A stretch of DNA of 64,000 nucleotides from the human T2T-CHM13v2.0 reference genome, Homo sapiens, in the NCBI GenBank assembly GCA_009914755.4, contig CP086569.2:27776001-27840000 (forward strand). The letters are read 5' to 3'. Each line of letters starts with the position of its first letter. The stretch's first letter is position 1. A program made the translations under genes and the position numbers. The notes under the pieces are model-generated. The model was not told the origin of the DNA. It did not search any database and saw only the letters and a program-made list of their open reading frames with translations. Below, one piece after another: positions 54,723 to 64,000 of the stretch.

Positions 54723-57454
54723 GCCCTTGCATTAAATGGACTGGAATGGAATGGACTCGAACAGAGTGGAATGGAAAGCATTGAAATAGAATGGAATGGA
54801 CTCCTTTGGAATGGTCTAGTATGGATGCAATCGACTGGCAGGGAATCAAAAGGAATGTAATCGAATGGATTGGACTGGAATACAATGGACTCGAATACAT
54901 TGGAAACGGAATGCAATGGAATGGAATGGAATAGTATGGAATGGAATGGAATGGAATGGAGTGGAATAGACTAGAGTGGAATGGAATGGACTCGAAAGCA
55001 ATGGACTGGAATGGAACGGTCTTGAATGGACTGGAATCAAACGGAATGGAATGGAATGCAATGCAATCAAATGGAATGGAATAAAATAGAATGAAAGAGA
55101 ATCAAATGGAATTGAATGGAATGGAATCGAATGGATTGGAAAGGAATAGAATGGAATGGAATGGAATTGACTCAAATGGAATGGACTAGAATGGAATGGA
55201 GTCGAATGGAAGGCAAAGGAATGGAATCTATTGGAATGGACTGTAATGGAATGGAATGGAAGGGATTGGAATGGACTCGAATGGAATGGACTGCAATAGA
55301 AAGGATTCGAATGGAATGAAAAAGAATTGAATGGAATAGAACAGAATGGAATCAAATCGAATGAAATGGAATGGAATAGAAAGGAATGGAATGAAATGGA
55401 ATGGAAAGGATTCGAATGGAATGCAATCGAATGGAATGGAATCGAACGGAATGGAATAAAATGGAGGCAAACTGGCTAGAAATGGAATCGAAATGAATGG
55501 AGTGTTATGGAACGGACTCCAAAGGAATTGAATGTAATAGAATGGAGTGGAGTGGACTCGAATATAATGGACTGGAATGGAATGGAATCACATGGAATGG
55601 GAACGAATGGAATGGAATGGAAAGGAATGGAATCGAATGGAAGGGAATGAAATTGAATCAACAGGAATTGAAGGGAATAGAATAGACTGTAATGGAATGG
55701 ACTCGAATAGAAAGGACACGAATGCTCAAATTGAATGGACTCGAATGGAATGGAAACGAAAGGAATGTCATCGAATGGAATTGAATCGATTGGAATGGAA
55801 TCGCATAGAATGGAGAGGAATCAAATGGAATTGAATCGAATGGAAAGGAACCGAATGGACTGAAATGAAATGGAATGGAATTGAATGGAAAGTAATGCAA
55901 TGCAATAGAATGGAACGAAATTTCACGGAATGGAATGAAACAGAATGGAATCAAATCAAAGGAATATAATGAAATGGAATGGAATGGAATGGAAAGGAAT
56001 TGAATGGAATAGTTTGGATTAGAAGGGATTGGAATGCAATGGAATGGAAAGGACTCGAATTTCATGAAACGGAATGGAATGAATTGGAATGGAATGGACT
56101 CGAATGGAATGGAATGTCATGGAATGGCATCAAATGGAATGGCATCAAATGGAATGGAATCGAATGCAATGGAATGTTATGGAATGGAATGGAATGTATT
56201 GGAATGGAATGTCCTCTAATGGAATGGATTCGAGTGGAATGGAATCGAATATAATGGAGTCGAATGAAATGGAATTGAAAGGAATGGGATCGAATAGAAT
56301 GGAATATACTGGAATGTAATGTAATGAAGTCGAATGTAATTGACTGGAATGGAATGTACATGAATGGAATGCCATCGAATGGAACAGAATCTAATGCAAT
56401 AAAACCGACTCAAATGGAATAGAATGTAATGGAATGGAGTGCAGTGCAATGGAATGGAATGGAATGGAATGGAATGGAGTGGAATGGAATGGGATGGAAT
56501 GGGATGGAATGGTATGGAACGGATAATAATGGTCTGGAGTGAAATGGACTGGAAAGGAATGGACTCAAATTGAAAGGGCTCGAAAGGAATGGGGTCAAAT
56601 GTAATGGTCTGGAATGGAATGAACTCGAATGTAATGCAATCCAATAGAATGGAATCGAGGAATGGAATATAAAGAAATGGAATCGAAGAGAATGGAAACA
56701 AATGGAATGGAATTGTACGGAATTGAATCGAATCGAATCGAATGTAATTGAACGGAAAAAATGCAACTGAATAGAATCGAAAACAATGGATTCGACTGGC
56801 ATCTAATAGAATGAAATGGAATGCGTTGAGGTGGAGTGGATTGTAATGGAGTTGAATGGAATGGGGTGTAATTGAATTGAATGGGGTGGAGTGGAGTGAA
56901 CTGGAGTGGAATGGAATGTAATGGGCAGGCATGGAATTGAAAGGCGTGGAGTGGAGTGGAATTGAGAGGAGTGGAATGGAGTAGGGTGGATTGTAGTGGA
57001 GAGTATTGGAAAAGAGTGGAGTGGAACGGAATGGAATGGAGTGGAGTGGAATGGAATGGAATTGAGTGAAGTGGAGTGGAGTGGAATGGAGAGTAATAGA
57101 GTGGAGTGGACTTGATTGGAGTAGATAGCAGTGCATTGGACTGTACGGGATAGAAGTGGCTTGGAGTGCCATGGAGTGGAGTGGAATGGACTGGAAAGGA
57201 ATGGAATGGAATGGATTTAAATGGCAGGGAATCAAATCGAATTGAATCATATTGGAACAAGTTGAATCGACTGGAGGAAAGAAATCGAATGAAATCGAAC
57301 GGAATGAATGGAAGAGAGTGCAATGTTATAGAATGGAATGGAGACAGATGGAATGGAATGGAACAGAGAGCAATGGTATAGAATGCAATGGAATCATATG
57401 GAATGGAATTGAATGGAATGGAATAATATGAAATGGAATGGAATGGAATGGAAT
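54723..57454. repeat. Array-2 HOR copy 8 (2,732 bp). It shares private variants with copy 3.
   Basis: Anchor spacing. The variant 'gaatagtttggattagaagg' at about 56000 matches 'gaatagtttcgattagaagg' at about 42200. Confidence 0.8.
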
Positions 57455-60188
57455 GCCCTTGCATTAAATGGACTGGAATGGAATGGACTCGAACAGAGTG
57501 GAATGGAAAGCATTGAAATAGAATGGAATGGACTCCTTTGGAATGGTCTAGTATGGATGCAATCGACTGGCAGGGAATCAAAAGGAATGTAATCGAATGG
57601 ATTGGACTGGAATACAATGGACTCGAATACATTGGAAACGGAATGCAATGGAATGGAATGGAATAGTATGGAATGGAATGGAATGGAATGGAGTGGAATA
57701 GACTAGAGTGGAATGGAATGGACTCGAAAGCAATGGACTGGAATGGAACGGTCTTGAATGGACTGGAATCAAACGGAATGGAATGGAATGCAATGCAATC
57801 AAATGGAATGGAATAAAATAGAATGAAAGAGAATCAAATGGAATTGAATCGAATGGAATCGAATGGATTGGAAAGGAATAGAATGGAATGGAATGGAATT
57901 GACTCAAATGGAATGGACTAGAATGGAATGGAGTCGAATGGAAGGCAAAGGAATGGAATCTATTGGAATGGACTGTAATGGAATGGAATGGAAGGGATTG
58001 GAATGGACTCGAATGGAATGAACTGCAATAGAAAGGATTCGAATGGAATGAAAAAGAATTGAATGGAATAGAACAGAATGGAATCAAATCGAATGAAATG
58101 GAATGGAATAGAAAGGAATGGAATGAAATGGAATGGAAAGGATTCGAATGGAATGCAATCGAATGGAATGGAATCGAACGGAATGGAATAAAATGGAGGC
58201 AAACTGGCAAGAAATGGAATCGAAATGAATGGAGTGTCATGGAACGGACTCCAAAGGAATTGAATTTAATAGAATGGAGTGGAGTGGACTCGAATATAAT
58301 GGACTGGAATGGAATGGAATCACATGGAATGGGAACGAATGGAATGGAATGGAAAGGAATGGAATCGAATGGAAGGGAATGAAATTGAATCAACAGGAAT
58401 GGAAGGGAATAGAATAGACTGTAATGGAATGGACTCGAATAGAAAGGACACGAATGCTCAAATTGAATGGACTCAAATGGAATGGAAACGAAAGCAATGT
58501 CATCGAATGGAATTGAATCGATTGGAATGGAATCACATAGAATGGAGAGGAATGAAACGGAATTGAATCGAATGGAAAGGAACCGAATGGACTGAAATGA
58601 AATGGAATGGAATTGAATGCAAAGTAATGCAATGCAATAGAATGGAACGAAATTTCACGGAATGGAATGAAACAGAATGGAATCAAATCAATAGAATATA
58701 ATGAAATGGAATGGAATGGAATGGAAAGGAATTGAATGGAATAGATTGGATTGGAAGGGATTGGAATGCAATGGAATGGAAAGGACTCGAATTTCATGAA
58801 ACGGAATGGAATGAATTGGAATGGAATGGACTCGAATGGAATGGAATGTCATGGAATGGCATCAAATGGAATGGCATCAAATAGAATGGAATCGAATGCA
58901 GTGGAATGTTATGGAATGGAATGGAATGTATTGGAATGGAATGTCCTCTAATGGAATGGATTCGAGTGGAATGGAATCGAATATAATGGAGTCGAATGAA
59001 ATGGAATTGAAAGGAATGGGATCGAATAGAATGGAATATACTGGAATGTAATGTAATGAAGTCGAATGTAATTGACTGGAATGGAATGTACATGAATGGA
59101 ATGCCATCGAATGGAATAGAATCTAATGCAATAAAACCGACTCAAATGGAATAGAATGTAATGGAATGGAGTGCAGTGCAATGGAATGGAATGGAATGGA
59201 ATGGAATGGAATGGAATGGAATGGGATGGAATGGGAAGAAATGGTATGGAACGGATAATAATGGTCTGGAGTGAAATGGACTGGAAAGGAATGGACTCAA
59301 ATTGAAAGGGCTCGAAAGGAATGGGGTCAAATGTAATGGTCTGGAATGGAATGAACTCGAATGTAATGCAATCCAATAGAATGGAATCGAATGGAATGGA
59401 ATATAAAGAAATGGAATCGAAGAGAATGGAAACAAATGGAATGGAATTGTATGGAATTGAATCGAATCGAATCGAATGTAATTGAACGGAAAAAATGCAA
59501 CTGAATAGAATCGAAAACAATGGATTCGACTGGCATCTAATAGAATGAAATGGAATGCGTTGAGGTGGAGTGGATTGTAATGGAGTTGAATGGAATGGGG
59601 TGTAATTGAATTGAATGGGGTGGAGTGGAGTGAACTGGAGTGGAATGGAATGGAATGGGCAGGCATGGAATTGAAAGGCGTGGAGTGGAGTGGAATTGAG
59701 AGGAGTGGAATGGAGTAGGGTGGATTGTAGTGGAGAGTATTGGAAAAGAGTGGAGTGGAACGGAATGGAATGGAGTGGAGTGGAATGGAATGGAATTGAG
59801 TGAAGTGGAGTGGAGTGGAATGGAGAGTAATAGAGTGGAGTGGACTTGATTGGAGTAGATAGCAGTGCATTGGACTGTACGGGATAGAAGTGGCTTGGAG
59901 TGCCATGGAGTGGAGTGGAATGGACTGGAAAGGAATGGAATGGAATGGATTTAAATGGCAGGGAATCAAATCGAATTGAATCATATTGGAACAAGTTGAA
60001 TTGACTGGAGGAAAGAAATCGAATGAAATCGAACGGAATGAATGGAAGAGAGTGCAATGTTATAGAATGGAATGGAGACAGATGGAATGGAATGGAACAG
60101 AGAGCAATGGTATAGAATGCAATGGAATCATATGGAATGGAATTGAATGGAATGGAATAATATGAAATGGAATGGAATGGAATGGAAT
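57455..60188. repeat. Array-2 HOR copy 9 (2,734 bp). It is near-identical to copy 10 over at least 1.4 kb.
   Basis: Anchor spacing. The minus-strand ORFs 57578..58393, 58390..58797 and 58794..59093 are identical to 60312..61127, 61124..61531 and 61528..61827. Confidence 0.85.
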
Positions 60189-62957
60189 GCCCTTGCATTA
60201 AATGGACTGGAATGGAATGGACTCGAACAGAGTGGAATGGAAAGCATTGAAATAGAATGGAATGGACTCCTTTGGAATGGTCTAGTATGGATGCAATCGA
60301 CTGGCAGGGAATCAAAAGGAATGTAATCGAATGGATTGGACTGGAATACAATGGACTCGAATACATTGGAAACGGAATGCAATGGAATGGAATGGAATAG
60401 TATGGAATGGAATGGAATGGAATGGAGTGGAATAGACTAGAGTGGAATGGAATGGACTCGAAAGCAATGGACTGGAATGGAACGGTCTTGAATGGACTGG
60501 AATCAAACGGAATGGAATGGAATGCAATGCAATCAAATGGAATGGAATAAAATAGAATGAAAGAGAATCAAATGGAATTGAATCGAATGGAATCGAATGG
60601 ATTGGAAAGGAATAGAATGGAATGGAATGGAATTGACTCAAATGGAATGGACTAGAATGGAATGGAGTCGAATGGAAGGCAAAGGAATGGAATCTATTGG
60701 AATGGACTGTAATGGAATGGAATGGAAGGGATTGGAATGGACTCGAATGGAATGAACTGCAATAGAAAGGATTCGAATGGAATGAAAAAGAATTGAATGG
60801 AATAGAACAGAATGGAATCAAATCGAATGAAATGGAATGGAATAGAAAGGAATGGAATGAAATGGAATGGAAAGGATTCGAATGGAATGCAATCGAATGG
60901 AATGGAATCGAACGGAATGGAATAAAATGGAGGCAAACTGGCAAGAAATGGAATCGAAATGAATGGAGTGTCATGGAACGGACTCCAAAGGAATTGAATT
61001 TAATAGAATGGAGTGGAGTGGACTCGAATATAATGGACTGGAATGGAATGGAATCACATGGAATGGGAACGAATGGAATGGAATGGAAAGGAATGGAATC
61101 GAATGGAAGGGAATGAAATTGAATCAACAGGAATGGAAGGGAATAGAATAGACTGTAATGGAATGGACTCGAATAGAAAGGACACGAATGCTCAAATTGA
61201 ATGGACTCAAATGGAATGGAAACGAAAGCAATGTCATCGAATGGAATTGAATCGATTGGAATGGAATCACATAGAATGGAGAGGAATGAAACGGAATTGA
61301 ATCGAATGGAAAGGAACCGAATGGACTGAAATGAAATGGAATGGAATTGAATGCAAAGTAATGCAATGCAATAGAATGGAACGAAATTTCACGGAATGGA
61401 ATGAAACAGAATGGAATCAAATCAATAGAATATAATGAAATGGAATGGAATGGAATGGAAAGGAATTGAATGGAATAGATTGGATTGGAAGGGATTGGAA
61501 TGCAATGGAATGGAAAGGACTCGAATTTCATGAAACGGAATGGAATGAATTGGAATGGAATGGACTCGAATGGAATGGAATGTCATGGAATGGCATCAAA
61601 TGGAATGGCATCAAATAGAATGGAATCGAATGCAGTGGAATGTTATGGAATGGAATGGAATGTATTGGAATGGAATGTCCTCTAATGGAATGGATTCGAG
61701 TGGAATGGAATCGAATATAATGGAGTCGAATGAAATGGAATTGAAAGGAATGGGATCGAATAGAATGGAATATACTGGAATGTAATGTAATGAAGTCGAA
61801 TGTAATTGACTGGAATGGAATGTACATGAATGGAATGCAATCGAATGGAATAGAATCTAATGCAATAAAACCGACTCAAATGGAATAGAATGTAATGGAA
61901 TGGAGTGCAGTGCAATGGAATGGAATGGAATGGAATGGAATGGAATGGAATGGAATGGAATGGAATGGAATGGGATGGAATGGGATGAAATGGTATGGAA
62001 CGGATAATAATGGTCTGGAGTGAAATGGACTGGAAAGGAATGGACTCAAATTGAAAGGGCTCGAAAGGAATGGGGTCAAATGTAATGGTCTGGAATGGAA
62101 TGAACTCGAATGTAATGCAATCCAATAGAATGGAATCGAATGGAATGGAATATAAAGAAATGGAATCGAAGAGAATGGAAACAAATGGAATGGAATTGCA
62201 TGGAATTGAATCGAATCGAATCGAATGTAATTGAACGGAAAAAATGCAACTGAATAGAATCGAAAACAATGGATTCGACTGGCATCTAATAGAATGAAAT
62301 GGAATTCGTTGAGGTGGAGTGGATTGTAATGGAGTTGAATGGAATGGGGTGTAATTGAATTGAATGGGGTGGAGTGGAGTGAACTGGAGTGGAATGGAAT
62401 GGAATGGGCAGGCATGGAATTGAAAGGCGTGGAGTGGAGTGGAATTGAGAGGAGTGGAATGGAGTAGGGTGGATTGTAGTGGAGAGTATTGGAAAAGAGT
62501 AGAGTGGAACGGAATGGAATGGAGTGGAGTGGAATGGAATGGAATTGAGTGAAGTGGAGTGGAGTGGAATGGAGAGTAATGGAGTGGAGTGGACTTGATT
62601 GGAGTAGATAGCAGTGCATTGGACTGTACGGGATAGAAGTGGCTTGGAGTGCCATGGAGTGGAGTGGAATGGAATGGAATGGAGTGGAATGGACTGGAAA
62701 GGAATGGAATGGAATGGATTTAAATGGCAGGGAATCAAATCGAATTGAATCATATTGGAACAAGTTGAATCGACTGGAGGAAAGAAATCGAATGAAATCG
62801 AACGGAATGAATGGAAGAGAGTGCAATGTTATAGAATGGAATGGAGACAGATGGAATGGAATGGAACAGAGAGCAATGGTATAGAATGCAATGGAATCAT
62901 ATGGAATGGAATTGAATGGAATGGAATAATATGAAATGGAATGGAATGGAATGGAAT
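60189..62957. repeat. Array-2 HOR copy 10 (2,769 bp).
   Basis: Anchor spacing. Confidence 0.85.
61909..61978 (+). repeat. Pure (GGAAT)n tract of about 11 units in array-2 HOR copy 10. The homologous tract ranges from about 5 to about 11 units in the other copies (for example about 36849-36890, 48176-48232 and 53703-53762).
   Basis: Direct reading of each HOR copy downstream of 'gagtgcagtgcaatgg'. Confidence 0.75.
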
Positions 62958-64000
62958 GCCCTTGCATTAAATGGACTGGAATGGAATGGACTCGAACAGA
63001 GTGGAATGGAAAGCATTGAAATAGAATGGAATGGACTCCTTTGGAATGGTCTAGTATGGATGCAATCGACTGGCAGGGAATCAAAAGGAATGTAATCGAA
63101 TGGATTGGACTGGAATACAATGGACTCGAATAGATTGGAAACGGAATGCAATGGAATGGAATGGAATAGTATGGAATGGAATGGAATGGAATGGAGTGGA
63201 ATAGACTAGAGTGGAATGGAATGGACTCGAAAGCAATGGACTGGAATGGAACGGTCTTGAATGGACTGGAATCAAACGGAATGGAATGGAATGCAATGCA
63301 ATCAAATGGAATGGAATAAAATAGAATGAAAGAGAATCAAATGGAATTGAATCGAATGGAATCGAATGGATTGGAAAGGAATAGAATGGAATGGAATGGA
63401 ATTGACTCAAATGGAATGGACTAGAATGGAATGGAGTCGAATGGAAGGCAAAGGAATGGAATCTATTGGAATGGACTGTAATGGAATGGAATGGAAGGGA
63501 TTGGAATGGACTCGAATGGAATGGACTGCAATAGAAAGGATTCGAATGGAATGAAAAAGAATTTAATGGAATAGAACAGAATGGAATCAAATCGAATGAA
63601 ATGGAATGGAATAGAAAGGAATGGAATGAAATGGAATGGAAAGGATTCGAATGGAATGCAATCGAATGGAATGGAATCGAACGGAATGGAATAAAATGGA
63701 GGCAAACTGGCAAGAAATGGAATCGAAATGAATGGAGTGTTATGGAACGGACTCCAAAGGAATTTAATGTAATAGAATGGAGTGGAGTGGACTCGAATAT
63801 AATGGACTGGAATGGAATGGAATCACATGGAATGGGAACGAATGGAATGGAATGGAAAGGAATGGAATCGAATGGAAGGGAATGAAATTGAATCAACAGG
63901 AATGGAAGGGAATAGAATAGACTGTAATGCAATGGACTCGAATAGAAAGGACACGAATGCTCAAATTGAATGGACTCGAATGGAATGGAAACGAAAAGAA
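62958..64000. repeat. Array-2 HOR copy 11, truncated by the window end.
   Basis: Anchor at 62958. The sequence continues in the same register. Confidence 0.8.

Larger units (their letters stand above)
34666..64000. repeat. Satellite array 2: an HSat3-like (GGAAT)n-derived satellite, richer in 'ggactcgaatgg' and 'gcaatgg' variants. It has a ~2.75-kb HOR present in about 10.6 copies.
   Basis: The anchor 'gcccttgcat' recurs at 35091, 37880, 40919, 43698, 46451, 49225, 51984, 54723, 57455, 60189 and 62958. Spacings are 2789, 3039, 2779, 2753, 2774, 2759, 2739, 2732, 2734 and 2769 bp. Confidence 0.9.

Noticed and set aside
52177-63151. A regular super-HOR of 2, 4 or 5 array-2 units (5.5, 11 or 13.8 kb).
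   Set aside because: Shared private variants link copies at offsets of 1, 2, 4 and 5 units inconsistently (copies 7, 9 and 10; 6 and 10; 3 and 8). This is better explained by patchy conversion or duplication than by a fixed higher period.
1-64000. Possible CRISPR array or other prokaryotic repeat-spacer or defence system, as hinted by the prompt.
   Set aside because: There is no repeat-spacer architecture. The whole window is one pentamer family with kb-scale HOR periodicity, no unique spacers, and no cas-like or any other credible ORFs. The composition is eukaryotic pericentromeric satellite.
1-64000. Alpha-satellite (171-bp) centromeric repeat or HSat2.
   Set aside because: There is no 171-bp periodicity and no AT-rich alphoid monomer. 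The HSat2-diagnostic 'atcatcgaatgg'/'gatgat' 23-26-mer structure is essentially absent. The base unit is the GGAAT pentamer, so this is HSat3-like.

Overview
The whole 64-kb window is tandemly repeated pentameric (GGAAT)n-type satellite DNA of the human/hominid HSat3 ('classical satellite III') kind, with the G/A-rich strand on + and almost no C. I found no credible protein-coding genes, RNA genes, mobile elements, CRISPR arrays or prokaryote-style systems. The ORF track is a stop-codon-free artefact of the pentamer, which translates as (EWNGM)n on + and (HSIPF)n on -. What the sequence does show is higher-order repeat (HOR) structure. Array 1 (1 to about 34,665) is rich in the GGAGT variant and is built from about 6.35-kb HOR copies, each a dimer of two diverged half-units of about 3.17 kb (an 'A' half and a 'B' half) with alternating head markers 'gtcaaccatgg' (A head) and 'gtcatccagtgg' (B head) and alternating internal P/Q markers. 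The first 6.1 kb of array 1 is a hybrid copy in which the B half is replaced by an A-head/Q-tail recombinant about 0.3 kb short. Array 2 (about 34,666 to 64,000) is a different HSat3-like family, with frequent 'ggactcgaatgg' and 'gcaatgg' motifs, in a 2.73-2.79-kb HOR of about 10.6 copies. One array-2 copy is 3.04 kb because of a 283-bp internal tandem duplication. The two arrays meet at about 34.65-34.72 kb inside a roughly 0.65-kb block that both unit types share, which fits in-register unequal recombination. The array-2 copy at that boundary is the most diverged, and the last two complete copies are near-identical. Organism and subfamily are inferred from established satellite knowledge; no database search was possible.
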